This document shows, one piece after another, positions 12,691 to 23,298 of a DNA stretch of 64,000 nt (its first letter is position 1; every line of letters starts with the position of its first letter). Under the pieces are notes generated by a model. The model was given only the letters and a program-made list of their open reading frames with translations, had not been told where the DNA came from and made no database searches. Made by a program: the position numbers and the translations under genes. Location: contig NC_086097.1 in assembly GCF_963921235.1 (NCBI RefSeq), positions 227,480,001 to 227,544,000 on the forward strand, read 5' to 3'. This DNA comes from Mobula hypostoma. Its lineage: Eukaryota.

Positions 12691-13989
12691 AGAGGCAAGT
12701 GATTATTTTGACTAATCCCTAAACTGCACTTAAAGCCTTGCTTTTATAATAATTTGTTCAATGTTGAAGACATTAAACATTTAATTAAAAAAGTAGAATT
12801 ACAAAATATTGCAGGAGTCAGAAATCTTAATTGAAAACAGAAAATGATGGAAACATACAGCGGATCCAGCAGCAAGACAGATCTCACATTTTTTACAGTT
12901 TTGGTCTCCTTATCTAAGAAAGAATTGACTTGCCATTCAGAGAGTGCTGCTACAATTCACAAAAGTGGTTTCAGGGATACTGGGTTTGCTGTAGGAGACT
13001 TTAATCAGACTGTATTCTCCGAAAGCTGCAAGCAGGAGACGCAGGGCCAACGCAGAAAATGGGATTAACATCAATAGGCCTGGATGAAGCATACAGGAGG
13101 GAAGGGTTAGATTGATTCTAGAGTTGGTGAAAATGTTGGGGACAATGTTGTGGGATGAAGGGTCTGTACTGTGTTCTAATGATCTACATCTTATGAGGTG
13201 GGATGTAAGGCATTGTTTCTATGATGTATGTATCTATGGTTCTATGATTCAAAGACCGATTTGTGCTTTGGATTTCTAATATCTACAAACTTTATCTTGA
13301 CTCTGATTCAATTTCCTATTTGTGCTATCGTTTCTTAATTTCTGATGGTTATCCAAACAGGCTGCTACAGCTTATTTCTTATACGGGACTGATCTTGAAC
13401 TTTGGACAGCTGACCAAAATATTGGACTATTTGGCCAACTATACCAGGGATAGGAGGTGAGGGAGAGGAGCTATGATATGGAGGACAAGCCCTACCAGAA
13501 TTAGTATCACTGTAAACTGCTTTACAAAATCTTCACTGATGTGAAAAATTGGCTCCTATATGTGTAGAAATCTCCTTTAAAATTGCTGATACTCTGGTAC
13601 TCCCTACATAGAGAAAGTGATATTGGTATTATCTACTGAGAGACAAAAGCCGTTGCATGTGCAGGACAAATTAATTTGTTAATTAATTGGTTCAATGCTT
13701 CCATATTGAATAAACTAATTATTTATGTTGAGGGAAGCCACCAGCTAATTAAATCATGGTCATTTGCTATTTAGATCACAGGTACTATTTAACTGTTACA
13801 ACCAAGCAGGAAAGCAAATCAGATGAATAGAAGCTCAGATTTTGTCCAAAGCCGCCACATCAAACATATTTTTCTCAGTATCCTCATATCCCAGTAATCA
13901 ACTGACACATTTAAATTTCAATGTATTGAAGAATTCTCACAGATACCACCAATCCATATGAAATATAATTTGATTCTTGAATTATTAAT

Positions 13990-14389
13990 ATAGATGGGTG
14001 GAGGAGCAGGTAGTACTGAAGAAGCATAGAGTCTGCAGAAGGACTTAGACAGATTGGGAGAATGGGAAAAGAAGTAGCAGATGAGATACAGTGTAGGGTA
14101 GTGTCTGGTCATGCACTTTGGTAGAAGGAATGAAAGTATGGAATATTTTGTAAATGGAGAGAAAATTAAAAAATCAGAGGTGCAAGAGGACTTGGGAGCC
14201 CTTGTACAGGATTACCTAAAGGTTAACATGCAGGCTGAGCTGTTGGTAAGAATAGCAAATGCAATGTTAGCTTTCACTTTGAGAGGACTACAATTTAAGA
14301 GCAAGGCTGTAATGCTGTGGCTTCTTAAGGCATTGGTCAGATCACACTTGGAGTATTGTGAGGAATTTTGGTCCCCGTATCTTAGAAAA
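13990..14389 (+). mobile_element. CR1 ORF2 fragment
   Basis: ORF 14111 (HFGRRN...LVRSHLEYC..FWSPYLRK) ends at the junction with Penelope sequence. Confidence 0.85.
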
Positions 14390-15092
14390 GTCCTTCCAGG
14401 TGGGGCAACACTTCACCTGTTAATCTCCTCAGGTTGTCTAGTGTGTCTAGTTGTTCCCGATGCGGCCTTCTCTACATTGGTGGGAGACACTGTAAATCTC
14501 TGCTCCATCCGACAAAAGTAGAACTTACTGGTGGTCAGACATTTTAATTCCTATTCTGACATGTCGGCCCATGGCCTCTTCTTGTGCCAAGATGAAGCCA
14601 CCCTCGGGGTGGAGGAGCAACACCTTATATTCCGTTTGGGTAGCCTCCAAACTGATGGCATGAATATCGATTTCTCCTTCCAGTAAAAAAAATTTCCTTC
14701 ACCCTCCCCTCTTCTTCTGTTCCCCACTCTGGGTTCTTAGCTCTTCTCACCTGCCTATCCCCTCCTCCTAAGAACACACACAGAATGCTGGAGGAACTCA
14801 GCAGGCCAGGCAGCATCTAGGAAAAAAGTACAGTCGACATTTCGGGCCGAAACCCTTCAGCAGGACAGGTTCCCCTCCTCCTTCCCTTTCTCCTATAGTT
14901 CACTCTCCTCTCCTATCAGATTCCTTCTTCTCCAGCCCTTTATCTTTCCTATCCACCTGACTTCACTTACCACCTTCCAACTATTCTTTTTCCCCTCACC
15001 CCATCTTTTTACCTGCAGAAGGGTCTCGGCCCAAAATGTTGATTATTTATTCATTTCCATAGATGCTGCCTGGCCTGCTGAATTCCTCCAGC
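14390..15092 (+). mobile_element. Penelope-like element 3' end (GIY-YIG remnant plus pLTR) with internal inverted pLTR piece
   Basis: HFTC...RCGLLYIG...EEQHLIFRLGSLQ.DGMNIDFS; inverted pLTR piece 14771-14866; sense pLTR ends at ~15092. Confidence 0.85.
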
Positions 15093-15094
15093 GA

Positions 15095-16380
15095 GATGAT
15101 ACAAAATGTTTTTTCAGATATATAATGAGTTAAGAAAAAGGACAAGAGTGGATATCAGACTGCTGGACTATGAGGCTGGAGAGGTGTATTGAGGGTTAAG
15201 GGAAGAGTCAGAGAAAGTTAATAAATATTTTGTGTCAGTCCTCACTTTGGAAGACACTAGTAGAATACCAGAAATGTGAAAGTGTCAGGGGACAGAAGTA
15301 AGTGCTATTGCTATTACTAAGAATAAGGTGCTTGGGAAGCTGAAAAGATTGCTTTACAAGAAAGGTACACGAGTGGATAGAAGATTGGGTGACTGGCAGG
15401 AGGCAAAGAGTGGGAATAAAGTGGTTGGCTCCCAGTGACTGGTAATGTTCTACAGGGGTCAGTGGTGGGATCACTTTGTTTCATGTTATATGTCAATGAA
15501 TGGGAAGAAGGAAGTGATGGTTTTGCAGCCCCTTTGTATCACGATGATACAAAGATAGGTGGAAGGGCACTTAGTATTGAGAAACAGGAAGTTTGCAGAA
15601 GAACTTAGATTGGGGAATGGACAAAGAAGTGGCAAATGGAATATAATGTATGGTCATAAACATTGGTAGAAGGACTAAAGGTGTCTAAATGGGGAGAAAA
15701 CTCTAAATCAGAGGTGCAAAGGGACTTGGGAGTGCAGGATACGCTGAAGGTTAGCTTGTAAGTAAGTAAGGCTAATGTAATGTTAGCTTTCGGTCTGAGC
15801 GGACTAGAATATAAACGCAGGAATGTGATGCTGGAACTTTATTAGGCATTGGTCAGACCGCAATTGGAGTATTGTGAGCAATTTTGGGCACCTTATCTAA
15901 GAAACGATGTGCAGACATTGGAGAGGGTTCAGAGGAGGTTCATGAGAATGATTCCGGGAATGAAAGGGTTAACATATGAGGATCTTTTGATGGCCCTGGG
16001 CCTGTACTTGTTGGAGTTTAAAGGAATGAGGGGCGATCTCAGTGAAACCTATCAAAGGTCTGACTAGAGTGGATGTTTCCAATAATGGGAGAGTCTAGGA
16101 TCAGAGGGCACAGCATCAGAACTGAGGGGCATCCCTTTACAACAGGGATGAGGATTTTTTTTTCCAGAGGACGGTGAATCTGTGGAATTCTTTGCCACAG
16201 GAGGCTGTGCAGGCCAGGTCATCAGAGATTGACAGGTTCTAGATTAATCAGAGTGCCGATGCTTAAGGGAAGAAGGTAGGAGAATGGGGTTGAGTGGGAT
16301 AATCAATCAGCCAAGAGGGAATAGCAGAACAGAATTGATGGGCTGAATGGCCTAATTTTTCCCCAAGGTCTTATGGTCTA
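15095..16380 (+). mobile_element. Decayed CR1 ORF2 and 3'UTR
   Basis: ORF 15849 (VRPQLEYCEQFWAPYLR..V..LERVQRRF) and CR1 3'UTR ending ggtcttatggtct. Confidence 0.85.
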
Positions 16381-16801
16381 ACCCAATATTGTCCCAATTG
16401 GAAGGAGGGAAGAACTCTTCCAGGATTCTCTCCCTCTATTTGCTGTCTGGTCAGATGAGAAGCAGTAAGTTGAGGCATTTGCAACCAAATGCACCACCTC
16501 CTTCATCCTTTCTATTATCACAGCACTTGTAAGTTACTGACGGAAAGTAAGGTTAGGGCAAGCAGGCAATAAAAGAATTTTTATTATAGTCTCATTGAAA
16601 GTACAATAAGACCTCTGTGAAACTTGCCTATGCTAAGAAATGCCAGCAAGTTTCCTTTATAAGATCATCTGATCCAAAGTATTTTTTTAATATCTGAGAC
16701 TAAAAAAAATAGAGAATATCTTGCTTTTGCACATAGCTTGCAAACACAGCTTTTTTTGGAGCTCTGCCTTGGAGTGACTTTACCTGGTAATAAATGCAGA
16801 T

Positions 16802-17032
16802 ACAAGGAAATCTGCAAATGCTGGAAATTGAAGCAACACACACAAAAAATGCTGGTGAATGCAGCAGGCCAGTCAGCATCTAAAGGAAGAGGTGCAGTCG
16901 ACATTATGGGCCGAGACCCTTCGTCAGGACTAACTGAGATCAGTTAGTCCTGACGAAGGGTCTCGGCCCGAAACGTCGACTGTACCTCTTCCTATAGATG
17001 CTGCCTGGCCTGTTGCATTCACCAGCATTTTT
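16802..17032. mobile_element. Penelope-like pLTR fold-back mini-element
   Basis: Inverted arms centred near 16938; 14-bp TSD taataaatgcagat at 16788-16801 and 17033-17046. Confidence 0.85.
16946..16981 (+). ncRNA. Minimal hammerhead ribozyme motif
   Basis: AGTC-CTGACGA-AGGGtctcggCCC-GAAACGTC-GACT. Confidence 0.75.
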
Positions 17033-17254
17033 TAATAAATGCAGATGTATGTTTGTTACCCATAAAGATGTAGAAGAGAAAGGTCTGGTCTTAGTACTGT
17101 GAAAATTAAGTTCAATTGTGGATGATTGAGTCTTCTATTGGGTCAGGATTCTGTTTATTTTGAATTACAACTAGTTTATACATTGATGTGGGGAAAATCT
17201 GTTGCTTGATTTTTCAAAGTAACAACCTATGACCAGAAACTAATTAGTCAAAAG

Positions 17255-17730
17255 ATTAAGGATTAGCTTTATTTGTCACATGTACATCGAAACCTACAGT
17301 GAAATGCGGCATTTATGTTAACGACTAACACAGCCTGAGGATGTGCTGGGGGAGGCCTGCAAGTGTCTCTCTGCTTCCAGGGTCAACATAGTATATGCCC
17401 GCAACTTATTCACCCTAGCCCGTACGTCTTTGGAATGGTTGAGGAAACTGGAGCACCCGGAGGAAACCCGCTCAGTCACAGGGAGAATGTACAAAATCGC
17501 TGCAGGGAGCAGTGGAATTGAACCGGGGTCACTAGCACTGTAACAGCGCTACACTAACCACATTTTTTATTTAAATTTAGAGATACAGTGCGGAACAAGT
17601 CCTCTGGCCCAGTGAGCCACACCACCCAGCAACCCATTTAAACACAGGACAATTTACAATGGCCAATTAGCCTACTAATCGATACGTCTTTGGACTGTGG
17701 GTGGAAACCGGAGCATGTGGAGAAAACCGA
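17255..17730 (-). mobile_element. Two adjacent tRNA-derived SINEs (V-SINE-like)
   Basis: Reverse complement of V-domain (gagcacccggaggaaaccc) and B-box (ggaattgaacc) at 17255-17560; second partial copy at 17565-17730. Confidence 0.7.
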
Positions 17731-17782
17731 CAAAGTAGATAATACAATCATAACTGTTGAATGTATTCCTATGTATTCCATT

Positions 17783-17858
17783 AGTTCCCAACCGTTTTAT
17801 GCCATGGCCCAATACCATTAATCAAAGTGTCCATGGACCCCAGGTTGGGAACTCCTGA
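17783..17858. mobile_element. Short hAT-like MITE
   Basis: agttcccaacc...ggttgggaact inverted termini; homologous to 7675-7740. Confidence 0.6.
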
Positions 17859-18279
17859 CCTCCTGACCTAGGAAGTGTTTGCAAACAAAAATAATACCTC
17901 CTTTCCCATGAGCCTCTGTTTTGCTAGCACTTGTCCTTTACCGTGCTTGTCTTCCAGTGTGTGTCCAGGGAAAATGGGGCCAGAAATGAGTGGGCAATAA
18001 TTTAAGATATGGTTGAGTGAATCTCACTGATGTTGCAATGTGTCTGGGGTTCAGTGTATTCAGAGTGTTTTGCTGATCCTAAGTCTGGGAGCATTTGGAG
18101 CACATGTAGGTGAGAGGGAAACTGGGGCAGCATGCAGCCAGGAAAATTGGTGTAAGTGGATTGTGAGCCTGGTTCGGGTGAGTGTATCATGAATGTAGAG
18201 CAGAAAGGGTGTCTGGCAAAGCCTGAACTTAAAGTTGGCCTGAGAAGCATGTAGATGGGAATTAAGAGCTGGAAGAATT

Positions 18280-18995
18280 TCAAAGTTATTATCAAAGTAC
18301 ATATACTATATGCAACCTTGAGATCTGTCTCCTTACAGGCGGCCACAAAACAAAGAAACCCAGTAGAACCCATTAAAAAAGACTGTCAAACACCCAATGA
18401 GCAAAAAAAGGAGGAAATTGTGCAAACAATAGATGTAAGCAAATATTATTCAGAACTGAAATTCACAAAAGTGAGTCCACAGCCATGAAGCCATCACCAT
18501 AGACAGGCCATAGCCTGTTAGTTGCAGGCCATAGCCTCATTTCAGTGCAGTTTCGAGTAAACCTCGTTGAGCAGCGACCTGAGCGCCAGCCTGTACCTCA
18601 TCTCCAACCCTTCTGGCCATGCACTTAAATTAATCAAACCCCGGCTCATTCTTCAGTCTTGGGCCTGCCCACACACACCTTGATTCAGCCTGTACCCAAC
18701 CTTTTCGACCTGGCCAAGTGCTTAAATCTGTTAAACATTGGCTCATTTCTTACTCTCGAGCAAGGTTCAATTGAGCATTGCTTTGAATTGGTCCCAGGTC
18801 TGCTCCAGCAATGGCCATACTTTGGCTCATCCCTCACTCCCGGGCCCCACTGCCTTGATTTGGCCTCTACACTCCATGCCACAACCGAGCTGCACCTTTG
18901 TGACTTCAGTTCACACCGCAAAAATGCCAGGTCGTACAGGCGGTTCAAAGGCTCAGCTCCGAAAGGGAAGTTACAGGCTATTGATTGCAGTGATC
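18280..18995 (-). mobile_element. Non-coding interspersed repeat (non-autonomous retroelement), copy 1
   Basis: Colinear with 29195-30051 over ~700 bp; LINE-like 3' tail. Confidence 0.7.
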
Positions 18996-19016
18996 GTACT
19001 TTGTACTTTGAACTTT

Positions 19017-19400
19017 GATGTCCTCCTGGGTGACTGTCTTTGGAGGGTCCTCAGGTGGCTGTAGAGGTCGATCCAGAATCCACATATTCTGAAGCAGTGG
19101 GAACAAGAGTAAGTTGTGGCTGTGGTTAGTGGCTGGGTCTTTTGGTTGTTTAGTCTCTCCAGATTGTTCTCTGCAGCATGTAGCACAGGTCCCACTTGAG
19201 TAGATTTCCTCCAGGTAGCTACTGAGAGCAACGTCTTCCCAGTCCTTAGGTGCAATGTTGAATTTCGTCAGCTTGATCTTGATGTTATCTTTGAAACATT
19301 TCTTTTGCCCACCAGGAGCTCATTGACCTTCCTTCAACTGGGAGTAAAGGATCTGTTTGGGAAGACGCAAGTTAGGCACCCAGATGACAAGACCTATCCA
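19017..19400 (-). mobile_element. RTE-clade LINE 3' fragment
   Basis: C-terminal zinc-finger-like YSCSHCFRICGFWIDLYSHLRT, preceded by RLPKQILYSQL...GGQKKCFKD. Confidence 0.8.
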
Positions 19401-19599
19401 TGACATATCCAGCTGACATAACAATCGACATACATAGTTCTAACTAATGCACTCACATTCATACATACAGACTGCCACCATTTAAAAATGTAATAAACCC
19501 ATGCAAATCACAAGTTAACTGCAGACTTTAAATAATGCTTCCAATTGACAATTAACTGATTAATTGTACAGAGACAGTTTTTAAATTTAGCAGAATTTT

Positions 19600-19830
19600 T
19601 AGAAATTTTATTTTATTGAGATATAGCACAGTACCAGATCTTTCTAGCCCATGAGCCATGAGCCTGTGCTGCTCAGTTACACCTATGTGACCAATTAACC
19701 TGTTAATCTGTATGCCTTTGGGATGTGGGAGGGAAGTGGAGCACCCGGGGAGGGGCGAACAACCAGGCAGTCACAGGAAGAATGTACAAAGTCCAAACAG
19801 ACAGCGTAGGAACCGTTACACTACCCACCA
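19600..19830 (-). mobile_element. V-SINE-like fragment
   Basis: gggaagtggagcacccgg...gtcacaggaagaatgtacaaa shared with other SINE copies in the window. Confidence 0.65.
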
Positions 19831-20463
19831 TTCCAGGTACAGAGAATCACTTACGCAAATACATTTCATACAAAGCCTACTTTACAATCTGTACTACAAT
19901 TGTGATCTTAACCATGGATAATCATAAAAATATTGTATTTTTACAATACTACTCCTAACCCTCCATGAATATTAACTATCAATTCATGTTAAATCTTTCA
20001 TCACATCCAAAAATGCATAGTTTCTGTAACGTTTCTAAATATAAAAATACTGATTAAATTATAATTCTTATTGGAACTCCCTATCTCTGTGCCTCTGCAA
20101 TCCGTCTGTGATGGATATTCTCTATCCAGAGCCAGGGGACCATTTTGCCAAGCTCAGCTTTCTAACATAGTGGCTGACACTTGAAGAGACAAAGAGTTGC
20201 TTTTCAGTAAGTTAAACTTCCAACCAATATTCTTTGTTCAGCTTCTTGTTGTGAACAGGAGCTAGTTTTCAGTTTTAAAAATGTAAATGGCAAGCAATAA
20301 ACAGTCTCAAGTTAAAAGGACAGCTTTGCAAACAAACAGCACTGTCTATAGAGCACAGACTGCTGGCCCACAGCACAAAGCTGATTGCTCAAGAGATGTA
20401 GCATAAGTGAATGGAGTTGTGTTAATTGGCCTTACATCAATTAAGACAACATTGGCTAAGCTA

Positions 20464-20735
20464 ACAACAGGAATTCTGCAGATGCTGGAAATTCAAGCAA
20501 CACACATAAAAGTTGCTGGTGAACGCAGCAGGCCAGGCAGCATCTCTAGGAAGAGGTGCAGTCGACGTTTCAGGCTGAGACCCTTCGTCAGGACTAACTG
20601 AAGAAAGAGCTAGTAAGAGATTCCCCTTTCTTCAGTTAGTCCTGACGAAGAGTCTCGGCCTGAAACGTCGACTGCACCTCTTCCTAGAGATGCTGCCTGG
20701 CCTGCTGCGTTCACCAGCAACTTTTATGTGTGTTG
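20464..20735. mobile_element. Penelope-like pLTR fold-back mini-element
   Basis: ~110 bp near-perfect inverted arms with a short spacer; hammerhead core on both strands (+ at 20638-20673); 13-bp TSD attggctaagcta at 20451-20463 and 20736-20748. Confidence 0.88.
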
Positions 20736-21437
20736 ATTGGCTAAGCTATTTCATTCAAGGAAGTCTGCAGATCGGATTGATACTATCAATTAGCACATAA
20801 AATAACTGATCTATCAATAGCTGGAAGATTGGTGTACTCAGAGAGTCAGCATTCACTGTATTAATATTTGGTGTCTGGGACCTTTGTCCTGAAAAGCTTT
20901 AAGATCATCTGTGTGAAAAGGTAAGTGAAACGCGTGTGTGAAGTTAACGAGTGGCAGAAAGTGTATAAATGTTAGAGAGCAGCCATGCTTGTTAGGAATA
21001 ATCAAGGTACTGCAAGAGGAATGACATAGAGATGGGGTGACTAGAATCCATTTCTCTGCCTTCAATTTCTGCTACAGATGACTTGTTTGTCTGCAACTTG
21101 TTAGTGTATCCTTCTAGCTCATAGGAATTGTACCTGTGTTTTGGAAATGCTTTTTATTTCAGAAAACTGTTGTAATTTACAAATCTTTTATAAGAAAGAA
21201 AACCTCTGTAATTAACCTCTGTGTGCTTTAACAATTTTGTCAGGATTTGAACATGTATAACTAAAAATAAATAATCTGTGTTTAAACTACTTTGTTAGCT
21301 GGAAATGTCTCCTCCTTGTTGGGAGGGGGGCCCCACCACTCAAATAGTGGGTATTGACAACTAAACTCACCATGGAGGATAAACAGGGAAGTGATCTAGC
21401 TTTTGAACAGTAGGTGGCTACAGTATAACACATAGCC

Positions 21438-23085
21438 TAGAGTGCCTTGTAAAAGTATTCTGCCCCCAACTCTTTGTTCTCATAAATGAGTATTATAACC
21501 AGGGATTTTAACCAATTTAACTGAGAATTTTTATTTGTGAATCATATGCTCCTTTTTACAGTAGAGCCCATAAAACAGGGAAAATTGTAAAGCATGAAAA
21601 AATGAAAATTCAGAAACAAATGTCAGCAGTTCAAAAGTATTCATCCCCTTTGCTCAGTATTTACACTGCCTTGAAAAAGTACTCAGCCCCCACAACTATA
21701 TTCACAGTTTACTGTCTCATTTTCTAAATTTAGAGTATATTGCATTGAAGTAGGATTTTTGAGAAAATCTATAAAACATTGTGCCTCATGACAAATCAGA
21801 GGAAAAATTCCAAATCCTGTCAATAATTTTACTAAAAATTAAAAACAAAAATTGTGAGGCTGAAGAAGTAATCGTCGCCTTTGTAATTACTATGTTAACT
21901 TGCCTCTGGTGAAATTCTGTACCAACTCATCCACTATATTAATATAGAAAGGATCACCTGAATAAATACCCTCTCTCTCTGTAAGGTAGATTTTCAACAG
22001 ACCAAACCAAAATGAAGACAAAAAAGCATTCAAGGCAAGTCAGGGAAATGATAATAGAGAAGCACAAATCTAGGGAAGGGTACAAGACCATCCCAAAGGG
22101 ACTGAACATACCTCGGAGCTTAGAGCAGTCCATCACGAAAAACTGTAAAAAATATGAAACCACAGCCACACTGCCAAGGTCAGGACGCCACTCTAAACTT
22201 AATTCCTGGAGAAGAATGGCACTTGTAAGAGAGGCTACTGTGACACCAAGTTACCCTGAGTGAGCTGCAGAAGTCAGTGGCTATGACTAGAGATGAAGTT
22301 CATTACTCCAGGCTTTGAACAAAAAGGGTATCTGTGGGAGACCATAAGACCATGTGGCCCATCAATTCTGCTCCACCATTCAATCATGGCTCATCCTTTC
22401 TCCCCCTCCTCAGCCCTATAAGAGTGGCAAGGAAGAAGCCCTGGCTAAAAATAAAGCATTTCCTTGCCCTCAAGGAGTTTGCAAAGTGTCACTTAGATGA
22501 TACTGTACCGATGTGGAAGGTGTTGTGTCGAATGAGACTAAATTGGAAGTTTTTGGCCTCAACACTAAGTGGTACACGAGGCGTAAATATAATACTGAAC
22601 ATGAGCCAGGTAACAGCATCCCTACTGTAAAGTATGGTGGAGGCAGCATCATGCTATGGGAATGTTTTTCAGCAGCAGGGACTGGCAATCTGGTCAGCAT
22701 TGATGGGAAGATGAATGTTCCTAAATACAGAGAGATCCTGGATAAAAACCAACTAGCCTCTGCCAGAAAGCTTAAACTGGGGAGGAAATTTGTATTTCAG
22801 CAGGACAACGACCCAAAGTACACTGCTAGAGAAACTATGAAGTAGCTTCAAATGAAGAAAATTGATGTCCTGGAGAGGCCCAGTCAGAGTCCTGATCTTA
22901 ACCCATCTGAACATCTCTGGCAAGACCTCAAGATTGCTGTTCACTGCTGCTCCCCGACTAACCCAGCACAGCTTGAGCAATTTTGCAAGGAAGAATGAAC
23001 AAATCTTGCTCCATCATGTTGTGCAAAGGTAATAGACATCCAAAAAGATTACTGGCTGTAATAGTTTCAACTATATATTCCATTC
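21438..23085 (+). mobile_element. Tc1-family DNA transposon (decayed; right end not seen)
   Basis: Left end agtgccttgtaaaagtattc with IR/DR-type internal repeats, followed by transposase remnants. Confidence 0.9.
22012..23065 (+). pseudogene. Tc1 DDE transposase pseudogene
   Basis: HTH region (MKTKKHSRQVRE...LPRSGR), [34 protein letters not shown]; frameshifts, and a CR1 3'UTR piece inserted at ~22338-22417. Confidence 0.9.
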
Positions 23086-23134
23086 AGCATTTTCACTTCC
23101 ACCTCTTCATCATCAGAAGCCTGCATATTTTAGT

Positions 23135-23298
23135 AAAAGCAACACACACAAAATGCTGGAGGAACTCAGCAGGTCTGGCAGCAACTATGGAAAGGAATAA
23201 AGAGTTGACGTTTCGGGCCAAGACCCTTCACCAGGATTGGAAAGGAAGGGGGTGAAGCCAGAATAAGAAATTGGGGAGAGGGTGGGGGTGGGGGGAAG
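23135..23298 (-). mobile_element. Penelope pLTR fragment
   Basis: Homologous to fold-back arms; decayed hammerhead (reverse complement cctggtgaagggtcttggcccgaaacgtcaac). Confidence 0.75.
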
